Made by a program: the position numbers and the translations under genes. A DNA stretch of 64,000 nt from positions 256,001 to 320,000 of the forward strand of contig OZ241362.1 in assembly GCA_965200315.1 (NCBI GenBank), in the 5' to 3' direction. This document shows, piece by piece, positions 55,459 through 63,625 of the stretch (position 1 is its first letter; each line of letters starts with the position of its first letter). The DNA is from Candidatus Latescibacterota bacterium. Lineage in GTDB: Bacteria; Latescibacterota; UBA2968; UBA8231. The notes under the pieces are model-generated. The model had not been told where the DNA came from and did no database searches. It was given only the letters and a program-made list of their open reading frames with translations.

Positions 55459-55983
55459 ATGGCTGTGACGATGAGACCGCCCGATGCGGCAAAAAGCGAG
55501 GTACGAAGTGCTATGGAAGGGGGATTCAAGCGCCTAGGTGCTCTTTTTCTCAAGGTAATGGCCGTGCCGATGGTGCCGATAGGGCTAGGGTTTATGCTCT
55601 ACGGCCTTTTTCAAATTCTCCATGCCGATGGTCCAGATTCACATTTCGAGTTTTTCGCCATTGGCGTCACCCAGGCCATTTTCGGTAGCTTGCTCTGGAT
55701 ACTGGCCAAAAAGCTCGATGCGGCCGCGCATTTGGTGCGCTACCGACGGCAGCAGAACCGCGTGGTGCGGCTGGCCCAGAAGAGAAATGGCCGCCTGACG
55801 GTGACCGAAACGGCGGCCGATACCGGGCTGACGGTCGAGGAAGCCTCTGAGATTCTCAAGTGCTTGGCCGACGGGGGGTTCGTCGAGGTCGAAATAACCG
55901 ATTCGGGCCTGATCGTCTATCGCTTTCCAGAAGTGCTTTTCGCGCATGAGAAACACTGGAGCCGGGGCGTGGAAAGTGCCTGA
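55459..55983 (+). CDS. Two-TM membrane protein with C-terminal winged-helix-like domain
   Basis: Two hydrophobic helices, then LAQKRNGRLTVTETAADTGLTVEEASEILKCLADGG...ITDSGLIVYRF. Confidence 0.7.
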   Translation: MAVTMRPPDAAKSEVRSAMEGGFKRLGALFLKVMAVPMVPIGLGFMLYGLFQILHADGPDSHFEFFAIGVTQAIFGSLLWILAKKLDAAAHLVRYRRQQNRVVRLAQKRNGRLTVTETAADTGLTVEEASEILKCLADGGFVEVEITDSGLIVYRFPEVLFAHEKHWSRGVESA

Positions 55984-56018
55984 GACAAACAGGCTATAGA
56001 TCGGACAGGAGGGAGCAA

Positions 56019-56258
56019 ATGAGTGGGTTTTTACAGGTCGCCATTGGCGTATGTCTCATCATCCTGTGCATTGGATTGGTCAATTGGGGAAACAAGTATT
56101 ATTCGAGCCGCAAGGGACGAGACAAAAAAGCGAAACAAGAAGAGGATCTGATCATCCAACGTCTAGAACGAGTTGAGCGGCGGCTGACCGAGGTGCAGGA
56201 CGTGATGATCACTCTCAGCGAAAAAATCGACCGGCTGGAGGTGAGAGAAAGGGGCTAA
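56019..56258 (+). CDS. Small single-TM coiled-coil protein (PspB-like architecture)
   Basis: GGAGG RBS; one N-terminal TM, basic linker, RLERVERRLTEVQDVMITLSEKID. Confidence 0.7.
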   Translation: MSGFLQVAIGVCLIILCIGLVNWGNKYYSSRKGRDKKAKQEEDLIIQRLERVERRLTEVQDVMITLSEKIDRLEVRERG

Positions 56259-56541
56259 ATCATGAACAAGAATAAGGGGGTCGTCTTCGGGGTCTTCGTC
56301 GGTATCGCGTCGTGTGTGCTTTTCTTTTTTGCGGTGGAAAGCCACCTAGGTGCCGTACTTTTGTTGGTTGCCGTGGCGATTTTTGTCGGGACCAAAGGTG
56401 CTGACTACCTCAAGCTCAAAGCGACGGTATCCGAGGACAAGGGCATTGAGCCGGACGAACTGCGAGAGCGGTTGACCGCAGTTGAGCGGCGGCTGACTGA
56501 GGTGCAGGACGTCATGATCGCTCTCAGCGAAAAAATTGACC
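56171..56541 (+). repeat. 62-bp direct repeat (56171-56232 and 56480-56541)
   Basis: 58 of 62 nt identical by manual alignment. Confidence 0.9.
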
Positions 56542-56594
56542 ACATGGACGGAACAGGATCTAAGTCTTGGGAGCGCCAAGAACTGCGAGAGTAA
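56262..56594 (+). CDS. Small two-TM coiled-coil protein sharing its C-terminal module with the previous gene
   Basis: Two TMs, then RLTAVERRLTEVQDVMIALSEKID. Confidence 0.7.
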   Translation: MNKNKGVVFGVFVGIASCVLFFFAVESHLGAVLLLVAVAIFVGTKGADYLKLKATVSEDKGIEPDELRERLTAVERRLTEVQDVMIALSEKIDHMDGTGSKSWERQELRE

Positions 56595-56603
56595 GGCTAG
56601 GCC

Positions 56604-57959
56604 GTGAATTGGTTCGACCGCGCTGTAGAGGCTTGTGAAGGTGCGCGTTGGGCCGAGGCTCTGGAGTGGTGCGAACGCGGCCTAGCGCAGGTGCCCGACG
56701 ACTTGGAACTCCAGCACCGCAAAGGGCTTTGTCTCTTGGGATTGGGAGACGAGCAAGCGGCCATCGCCGCGCTGGAAGCGGCCGCGGCGCGTGGGCATCT
56801 AGAAAGTCACTACCAACTCGGCTTGCTTGCGATGCGCCAAGGGCGGCGGAACGCCCGGTTCCACGAGCGGTCGCTGGCGCACTTTGAGGCCATCGTGTGC
56901 GCGACTGAGGAAGGGCGCGAATATCCAGATCTAGATCGCGTCTTTTTCGCTCTTGGTAGCCAGTATAACGAAGATCCACAGCGCCGTGAGGAAGCCATCC
57001 GCGCGTTCCGCCAAGGATTGGCTATCAACCCGCTTTCCGCGGTTGGCCACAACAGTTTGGGCCAGCTCTTGCTGCAAGGCGGCCAGGTGTTGGGGGCGAT
57101 GGGGGAATTCAAAGTTGCCATCCAGCTCGACCCCAAGCTCAGTCAGCCCTATGCGAATTTGGCCCGTTTGTTTTTTCGCCACGTAAAACCCCCTGAATTA
57201 GAACAAGAATACCAGCACATCTGCGAGGAGTTCGCGCAAAGTGCTCCGCAGGTCCTCGCACGTTTGTCGCTGGAAATGGTCAAATTGGGGAAGGAACAGG
57301 TATACGAGGGATTTTACACGAAGGGGCATCGCATCAAAAACCTGATGGGGATCATCGGCAGCCGCTTGCGAGGGCTAGGACGCAAGGCCGAAGGGGTGCA
57401 ACGGGGGGAATTGAATCGCTTAGGGGGCGAATACGAGGCCCTGTACGACGAATGGGTGGGGTTTTTGGAAGCGATGAAAACAGATAAAATCCATCCAGCA
57501 GGGATCGATTTAGGACACTTGGTGCGTCGGGTAGCCGCTGGATTTGACCGCCAAACTTGGAAATCCGCGATCCAGACGCGGGTACAAGCGGGTGTGCCGC
57601 GCGTGGAGGCCGACGAGCGGATGTTGCGCGAGGCCATTACCAACCTCTGCCTCAACGCTTTGGAAATTCTCGAAGAAAAACGCGGCGGTCAAGTGGTGCT
57701 GGGTGCTGGCTACGACGAGGAGCAGTCGCTGGTCTTTATTGAGGTTGAGGACGATGGGCCAGGCATTGAGGAAGAGCATTTGGAATTGATATTTGAACCT
57801 GGATTTACCACTAGGGAGCGGGGCAATGGCTATGGCTTGAGCATTGCGCGCCGCATTGCTCAAGCCCATCAAGGCGTGTTGCGCGTAAAGAGTAGAAGGG
57901 GACATGGAACCGTTTTTCGGCTCGATCTGCCGCTCAATTTCGCAGGCGGCGAGACCTAG
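56604..57959 (+). CDS. Soluble histidine kinase with N-terminal TPR sensor
   Basis: TPRs; H-box GHRIKNLMG; N-box NLCLNA; DDGPGI; IFEPGFTT; GNGYGL; no TM or signal peptide seen. Confidence 0.85.
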   Translation: MNWFDRAVEACEGARWAEALEWCERGLAQVPDDLELQHRKGLCLLGLGDEQAAIAALEAAAARGHLESHYQLGLLAMRQGRRNARFHERSLAHFEAIVCATEEGREYPDLDRVFFALGSQYNEDPQRREEAIRAFRQGLAINPLSAVGHNSLGQLLLQGGQVLGAMGEFKVAIQLDPKLSQPYANLARLFFRHVKPPELEQEYQHICEEFAQSAPQVLARLSLEMVKLGKEQVYEGFYTKGHRIKNLMGIIGSRLRGLGRKAEGVQRGELNRLGGEYEALYDEWVGFLEAMKTDKIHPAGIDLGHLVRRVAAGFDRQTWKSAIQTRVQAGVPRVEADERMLREAITNLCLNALEILEEKRGGQVVLGAGYDEEQSLVFIEVEDDGPGIEEEHLELIFEPGFTTRERGNGYGLSIARRIAQAHQGVLRVKSRRGHGTVFRLDLPLNFAGGET

Positions 57960-57986
57960 CCTTTCAGCGGTTGAACGAGGATAGAT

Positions 57987-59411
57987 ATGGCAAGCCCAAA
58001 ACAGAAAGCCGTCTTAATCGCCGATGACCAGCAGGAATTGCGCGAGATGTTGTCAGAGAAACTGCGCAGCTTGGGCAAGGAGGTCATCTCGTTTTCCAAT
58101 GGTCAGCGGTTGCTCGGACATCTGACCGCTCGACCGAGGGAAGTCGAACTTGTGGTACTGGATTTAGACTTTGGCGTTGGCCAGCCCAATGGCCTCGAAG
58201 TGCTAAGAGAGATCAAAAAGCACTGGGCCGAGTTGCCGGTTATCATTCTCACGGGCAAGGGAAGCGTTGATTTGGCCGTCGAAGCGGTGCAGGCTGGGGC
58301 GGCGGATTTTATCGAGAAGGACTTATACGTCGAAGACAAGCTCGAAGTAGAAATGGAAAAGGTCGAGCGGATGTTGGCGGTCTTGCGTGAAAACTCCCGA
58401 CTCAAGGCGGAGAATGAGGCCCTAGACCGCGACAACACCTTTTATCGGACCCAGCTAGGCCAGCGCTATAAGATCGTCAGCCGCAGTCCCTTGATTCAAA
58501 ACCTGCTAAAGCAAGTTGAACAGATTGCCTCCATACCGCGACCCGTGCTGATCTGCGGCGAGCGCGGCACTGGCAAAGAGCTGATCGCCGCGGCCTTGCA
58601 CTACGGGAGCAATCGCCGCGATCGGGCCTTTGTTAAGATGAACTGCGCGGTGCTGTCGGATACCCTACTTGAAAGCGAGCTGTTTGGCCACGAGAAAGGG
58701 GCCTTTACGGGCGCGACCGAGAAGCGCCACGGCCGCTTTGAAGCCGCCGATGGCGGCACACTCTTTCTCGACGAGATCAGCAATACTTCACTGGACTTTC
58801 AAAAAAACGTATTGCGCGTCATAGAATACCAAGAATTTGAACGCGCGGGCGGGACGCAGACTATCCACGTTGACGTACGCGTTGTGGCGGCGACCAACGC
58901 AGATCTGGAGCGGGAAATAGCTAGCGGGCAATTCCGTGCCGACCTCTACGACCGCCTGCGGTTTAGCGTACTCCAGCTACCGCCCTTGCGGGAGCGGCCC
59001 GAGGACATCCGGCCCTTGGTTACTTACTTTACTCAGCAGCTATGCGACGAAGTGCCGGCGATTGAACGACGCCTGTTCTCCGAAGGCGTTTTGGTCATGC
59101 TAGAGACCTATGCTTGGCCGGGCAATGTGCGCGAACTCAAATTCGCCGTTGAGCGCGCCCTCTGCGTCGCCCAAGGGGACGAAGTGGGCGTGGAGGACTT
59201 GCCCCCGGAAGTGCGCGGCAGTGGTGGCGTTGCCATTCCTGAGGAGGGCAGTTTCGACGAACAAATCGAGCGCGTTGAGCGAGGCTTGCTCGCTGGCGCC
59301 CTCTCCCGCGTGGGAGGACGGCAGAAAGACGCGGCTCGGCAACTGGGTTTGACCTACGACCGCTTTCGACACCTACTCCGCAAATACCAAATCACCATCT
59401 GTGCCCTCTGA
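57987..59411 (+). CDS. Sigma-54 enhancer-binding protein: receiver domain plus PspF-like AAA+ and HTH
   Basis: REC (ADD, LVVLDL, LTG, FIEK); GERGTGKE, GAFTGA, RVIEY, RADLYDRL, WPGNVRELK; QKDAARQLGLTYDRFRHLLRKYQI. Confidence 0.9.
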   Translation: MASPKQKAVLIADDQQELREMLSEKLRSLGKEVISFSNGQRLLGHLTARPREVELVVLDLDFGVGQPNGLEVLREIKKHWAELPVIILTGKGSVDLAVEAVQAGAADFIEKDLYVEDKLEVEMEKVERMLAVLRENSRLKAENEALDRDNTFYRTQLGQRYKIVSRSPLIQNLLKQVEQIASIPRPVLICGERGTGKELIAAALHYGSNRRDRAFVKMNCAVLSDTLLESELFGHEKGAFTGATEKRHGRFEAADGGTLFLDEISNTSLDFQKNVLRVIEYQEFERAGGTQTIHVDVRVVAATNADLEREIASGQFRADLYDRLRFSVLQLPPLRERPEDIRPLVTYFTQQLCDEVPAIERRLFSEGVLVMLETYAWPGNVRELKFAVERALCVAQGDEVGVEDLPPEVRGSGGVAIPEEGSFDEQIERVERGLLAGALSRVGGRQKDAARQLGLTYDRFRHLLRKYQITICAL

Positions 59412-59422
59412 GCCGAGTCTTG

Positions 59423-59450
59423 TTGACAGTGGGAACGCGCCGGGTATATT
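59423..59450 (+). promoter_or_regulatory. Sigma-70-like promoter
   Basis: TTGACA N16 TATATT upstream of ATG 59483. Confidence 0.5.
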
Positions 59451-59482
59451 AACCGCAAGGCTCCCACACGGGCGAGAGGCGC

Positions 59483-59806
59483 ATGGAAAAAGTTTACAAA
59501 GTTGAGACCACACTTTCCCACAGCTTGGCCGAACTCTATGCCGGCCTCGAAGAGGAGTTCGCCAACAAAAGCAGTATCCCCCTCTCGGACATGAACCGCA
59601 CGTTGTTGCAAACGGGCTTGATCCACCACTTGACGATGATGAGCGAGCTGGGGCTGATTGAGCCTGAGAAAGCTGCGAGGCTGTACGCGTTGATTGACCA
59701 AGTAGCAAAGGATACCATACTCTGGGACATCTTGCAGATGGTGCGGACATACTGGCGGGATTGCGGGTCTGGTGGGCCGGGCAGCTCCGGCGGCCTCAAA
59801 GTCTGA
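59483..59806 (+). CDS. Hypothetical protein, possible ribbon-helix-helix N-terminus
   Basis: GAGG RBS and its own candidate promoter; KVETTL-helix-helix pattern. Confidence 0.55.
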   Translation: MEKVYKVETTLSHSLAELYAGLEEEFANKSSIPLSDMNRTLLQTGLIHHLTMMSELGLIEPEKAARLYALIDQVAKDTILWDILQMVRTYWRDCGSGGPGSSGGLKV

Positions 59807-59856
59807 TGTGGAGTTTATAACTCGTTGTATGAATTGCAGTTCAGGGGGACGTATGG

Positions 59857-59885
59857 TTGACAATCCCCGTGGCCACAAGTATTAT
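59857..59885 (+). promoter_or_regulatory. Sigma-70 promoter
   Basis: TTGACA N17 TATTAT upstream of the iscU-like gene. Confidence 0.65.
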
Positions 59886-59931
59886 ACAACCTGTTTCTTG
59901 AACCTCTTTACTAAGCTGTTGAAGCGAGCAG

Positions 59932-60309
59932 ATGACCTCCTTTAGCGCAGCAGTTTTCGACCACTATCGGCACCCTCGCAACGCTGGGCAAATCGGCGAC
60001 GCCAATGCATCTGGGCAAGCTGAAAATCAGGCCTGCGGCGATGCGATGCAGCTTTTTGCCCGCGTCGAAGCCGGCCGCATCGTCCGCGCTAGCTGCAAGA
60101 CCTTTGGCTGCGCCCCTTCGGTCGCGGCTGGATCGGTGCTCACCGAGTTGCTGGCAGACTTACTGCTAGTGGATGCAGCCCAGCTACAGCCGGCAGCTAT
60201 TGAGGAAGCACTAGGGGGACTGCCGCCAATGAAGCGCCACGCCGCCCAACTAGCTGCTGACGCGGCTCGGGATCTAGTGAAAAATTACCAAGCCAATACG
60301 GCCTCCTAA
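59932..60309 (+). CDS. IscU/NifU-N-type Fe-S scaffold-like protein
   Basis: DHYRHPRNAG, CGD, KTFGC, LGGLPPMKRHAA. Confidence 0.8.
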   Translation: MTSFSAAVFDHYRHPRNAGQIGDANASGQAENQACGDAMQLFARVEAGRIVRASCKTFGCAPSVAAGSVLTELLADLLLVDAAQLQPAAIEEALGGLPPMKRHAAQLAADAARDLVKNYQANTAS

Positions 60310-60344
60310 CGCATTTTTAAACCTCAAGCCGAAAGGATTGCACC

Positions 60345-60965
60345 ATGGCTCACTCTCTTCCCGATCTCCCCTACGCCTATGACGCACTCGAACCGATCAT
60401 AGATGCCCGCACCATGGAGATTCACCACACCAAGCATCACAATACCTATGTGACCAGTCTCAACACCGCGCTCGAAGGGCACGACGACTTGGCCACTAAA
60501 AGCGCCGAAGACCTCATCAGTGGCCTCGACGCCGTCCCCGAGGACATCAGCACGGCGGTACGCAACCACGGCGGCGGTCATGCCAACCACAGCCTATTTT
60601 GGCAGATCATGGCTCCAGCAGGGGGGCGCGGCGAGCCTTCGGCTGAGCTCATCGCCGCAGCCGCAGCCGCATTTGGCAGCCAAGACGCAGCCCGCGAAGC
60701 CTTCGTGGACGCCGCAACTAAACGGTTCGGCAGCGGCTGGGCTTGGGTAGTAGTCAAGGACGGCAAGCTCGACATCCTCAGCACTGCCAATCAGGATAAT
60801 CCCCTGATGACTGGCGACGGAGTGCCCATCCTCGGCATCGATGTCTGGGAACACGCCTATTATCTCAACTATCAAAACCGTCGGCCCGACTACATCGCCG
60901 CTTGGCTTGAGACGATCAACTGGAACGAAGTCAATCGCCGCTTTGCCGAGGCGATGGGGAGTTAG
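60345..60965 (+). CDS. sodA: Superoxide dismutase (Mn/Fe, Mn-type signature)
   Basis: [35 protein letters not shown]. Confidence 0.92.
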   Translation: MAHSLPDLPYAYDALEPIIDARTMEIHHTKHHNTYVTSLNTALEGHDDLATKSAEDLISGLDAVPEDISTAVRNHGGGHANHSLFWQIMAPAGGRGEPSAELIAAAAAAFGSQDAAREAFVDAATKRFGSGWAWVVVKDGKLDILSTANQDNPLMTGDGVPILGIDVWEHAYYLNYQNRRPDYIAAWLETINWNEVNRRFAEAMGS

Positions 60966-60968
60966 CAG

Positions 60969-61436
60969 ATGGCGATCCAAGTAGGAGATACAGCGCCCGC
61001 GTTCACTCTCAAGAATGCGGATATGGAGGACGTAAGTCTCGTCGATTTCGCCGGTAAGAACGTCGTCTTGCTCTTCGTACCGCTGGCTTTCACCGGCGTT
61101 TGTACTCAGGAGTTGTGCGAGATTTCCGCCGGAATCAACGCGTACAATGATCTCGATGCCCAGGTTCTGGGAATCAGCGTCGATAGTCCGTTTAGCCTCA
61201 GCGCTTGGGCCGAAAAGGAAAGTATTGAGGTCCCGTTGCTCAGCGATTTCAACAAGGAAGTCTCCGCTGGATACGGTGCCCAACACGAAGACCTGTTGGG
61301 CTTCAAAGGAGTCGCCAAGCGCTCGGCTTTTGTCGTCGATGGGCAAGGCATCGTCCGCTACGCTTGGGTATCCGACAACCCCAAGGTTCTGCCGGATTTT
61401 GCGGCCATTAGGGCTTGTTTGCAATCGCTCAACTGA
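60969..61436 (+). CDS. Peroxiredoxin (AhpC/TSA family)
   Basis: PLAFTGVCTQELC, ISVDSPF, LLSDFN, KRSAFVVD. Confidence 0.9.
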   Translation: MAIQVGDTAPAFTLKNADMEDVSLVDFAGKNVVLLFVPLAFTGVCTQELCEISAGINAYNDLDAQVLGISVDSPFSLSAWAEKESIEVPLLSDFNKEVSAGYGAQHEDLLGFKGVAKRSAFVVDGQGIVRYAWVSDNPKVLPDFAAIRACLQSLN

Positions 61437-61457
61437 AGCACTTCGTTTTCTCAGCAG

Positions 61458-61494
61458 AGTGGGGCAAGGCACAGACGGCTTTGCCCCACTGTTT
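61458..61494 (+). terminator. Intrinsic terminator-like hairpin
   Basis: AGTGGGGCAAGGC...GCTTTGCCCCACT followed by GTTT. Confidence 0.65.
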
Positions 61495-61520
61495 ATAGAG
61501 CCCGCAAAGGAAGGTGCGCA

Positions 61521-62147
61521 ATGGAAGATGTGACGGCAGGGTCGCTTGGTGAGCGAGATACTCCGAGTTGGCTCCAAGGCCAGAACAAGGCCAAGGCCGC
61601 CGAGATAGCCGGCCACTTCGCCCAGATAATGCAGGTTTTGGAGCTCGACTTGAGCGACCCACACTTGCGGGGAACTCCGGACCGCGTCGGGCGGATGTAC
61701 ATGGAGATCTTTCGGGAACTGGACGACCAAGGCGAACCGGAAATTACCTGCTTTCCCAATAGCCATGGCTATGACAACATGGTGATCGTCAAGGACATCG
61801 AGTTCTTTTCGGTCTGTTCCCACCACATAATCCCGTTTTTCGGCAAGGCGCATATAGCCTACATACCTGGGGACGCGATCGTCGGCTTGAGCAAAATCGT
61901 GCGCATCGTCGAATTTTACGCCCGCCGCCCCCAGCTCCAAGAGCGGCTCACCCAGCAAATTGTGGACTTCCTCGAAGCCAAGCTGTCGCCGAAAGGATCT
62001 ATCGTCGTAATGGAGGCTCGGCATTTGTGCATGGAGATGAGGGGGGTGGAAAGGCCCGGGGCCGTGACGACTACTTCAGCGCTTCGGGGCCGTTTTACCG
62101 AGCCGATAGTGCGCGAGGAATTTTTCAACTTAATCAAGAAAGATTGA
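61521..62147 (+). CDS. folE: GTP cyclohydrolase I
   Basis: TPDRV.RMY, SVCSHHIIPF.G, GLSKI.R, RRPQLQERLT, HLCMEMRG. Confidence 0.94.
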   Translation: MEDVTAGSLGERDTPSWLQGQNKAKAAEIAGHFAQIMQVLELDLSDPHLRGTPDRVGRMYMEIFRELDDQGEPEITCFPNSHGYDNMVIVKDIEFFSVCSHHIIPFFGKAHIAYIPGDAIVGLSKIVRIVEFYARRPQLQERLTQQIVDFLEAKLSPKGSIVVMEARHLCMEMRGVERPGAVTTTSALRGRFTEPIVREEFFNLIKKD

Positions 62148-62165
62148 AGCAGCACGGGACGACCC

Positions 62166-63527
62166 ATGTCTGACGTTCAAGAGCAGGTGCTGACGCCGCC
62201 TACTAGCGTGGTATTGGATATCTCTCACCGGGACTTGCGCGACGACGAGTACTGGCGCGCCATTCCCGCCTATGCCGATTTGTGCGCCGATGAGTTCCAC
62301 GAGCACCGCTTTCAGAGCCGCAATAGCGTGACGAGCTTAAAGAAACTGCGGGAAGTACTCGGCGGCCTCGTTTCAGAAGCGTTTTATCGCGATGTCGAGC
62401 AGGGGCTTTTGCGCTCGCCGATGAGTCTGCGGATTTCTCCCTACCTACTCAGCTTGATCGATTGGTCGGCGCCAGCCGATGATCCGCTGCGCATTCAGTT
62501 TTTGCCCATGGAGTCGCGGATGCGACCCGACCACCCGGAACTTGCCCTAGATTCGCTGCACGAGCAAGTCGATTCTCCCGTGCCGGGCCTGACACATCGC
62601 TATGCCGACCGGGCGCTGTTTCTGACGCTGGACACCTGTCCGGTTTACTGCCGTTTCTGCACTCGTTCCTATGCGGTAGGCTTGGATACCGAGGATGTGG
62701 AAAAAGTGCATTTTGGGGCCGTTGCCCAGCGGTGGGAGCATGTTTTTGCCTATATCTCTTCGCGACCCGAGTTAGAAGACATCGTCATCAGTGGCGGCGA
62801 TGTGGCCAGCCTCAAGGCCGAACACATCGAATACATCGGCACTCGCTTACTCAATATCGAACACGTGCGGCGGATGCGCTACGCGACAAAAGCGCCGGCG
62901 ATTATGCCGCAGAAACTCGTCACAGACCGCGAGTGGGTTGATGCCCTTACGCGGGTTGTCGAAGCAGGGCGCAAAGTCCACAAGGAAGTTGCGCTGCACA
63001 CGCATTTCAACCACCCGCACGAAATCACGGCCATCAGCGGCCGCGCACTCGACGAATTGATGGAGCGCGGCATCTGCGTACGCAACCAGACCGTCTTGCA
63101 AAGGGGCGTCAATGACGACGTCGGCACCATGCAGCATCTCGTGCGGCAGCTCAGCTACCTCAACGTGCATCCGTATTACACCTTTGTCCACGATATGGTG
63201 CGCGGAGTCGAAGAGCTACGCACGACTTTAGCGACGGCGATTTCCCTAGAGAAGGCGGTTCGCGGGCGGACTGCGGGCTTCAATACGCCGGCCTTTGTGC
63301 TCGATACTATGGGGGGCGGGGGAAAGCGCGATGTCCACTCCTACGAACACTATGATCGCCAGACGGGCATCGCCGTATTTTCTAGTCCAGCCGTGCGGCC
63401 CGGCGAGTTATTCTTTTACTACGACCCCTTATATGCACTCGACCCGCTGATCGTCCAGCGTTGGAGCGATCCGGCCGAGCGTGCGGCTATGCGGCAAGCG
63501 GCGTTAGAAGCCGCCTGCCAGACGTAG
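62166..63527 (+). CDS. KamA-family radical SAM aminomutase
   Basis: DSLHE...PGLTHRY.DR, CPVYCRFCTR, SGGD, HFNHP, NQTVL..GVND, GGGGK. Confidence 0.85.
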   Translation: MSDVQEQVLTPPTSVVLDISHRDLRDDEYWRAIPAYADLCADEFHEHRFQSRNSVTSLKKLREVLGGLVSEAFYRDVEQGLLRSPMSLRISPYLLSLIDWSAPADDPLRIQFLPMESRMRPDHPELALDSLHEQVDSPVPGLTHRYADRALFLTLDTCPVYCRFCTRSYAVGLDTEDVEKVHFGAVAQRWEHVFAYISSRPELEDIVISGGDVASLKAEHIEYIGTRLLNIEHVRRMRYATKAPAIMPQKLVTDREWVDALTRVVEAGRKVHKEVALHTHFNHPHEITAISGRALDELMERGICVRNQTVLQRGVNDDVGTMQHLVRQLSYLNVHPYYTFVHDMVRGVEELRTTLATAISLEKAVRGRTAGFNTPAFVLDTMGGGGKRDVHSYEHYDRQTGIAVFSSPAVRPGELFFYYDPLYALDPLIVQRWSDPAERAAMRQAALEAACQT

Positions 63528-63625
63528 CGAACGGGTAGGCACAAGGACTGGCATTTGCCCTTGTGGACTCGTATGTCTCATCTATTAGCAACATTAAACC
63601 TTTAAGACCATCAGGGCGTACAACA

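Noticed and set aside
59354-59878. Minus-strand ORFs of 174 and 125 aa
   Set aside because: They overlap the better supported plus-strand gene 59483..59806, which has an RBS and candidate promoter
60594-62024. 476-aa antisense ORF spanning sod, peroxiredoxin and folE
   Set aside because: The three real genes share one reading frame, so a stop-poor antisense shadow frame in GC-rich DNA is expected; no recognisable motifs
63548-63565. Possible second sigma-54 promoter TGGCATTTGCCCTTGT
   Set aside because: The -12 element is displaced by one base and lacks GC; more likely part of a CACAAGG/CCTTGTG hairpin
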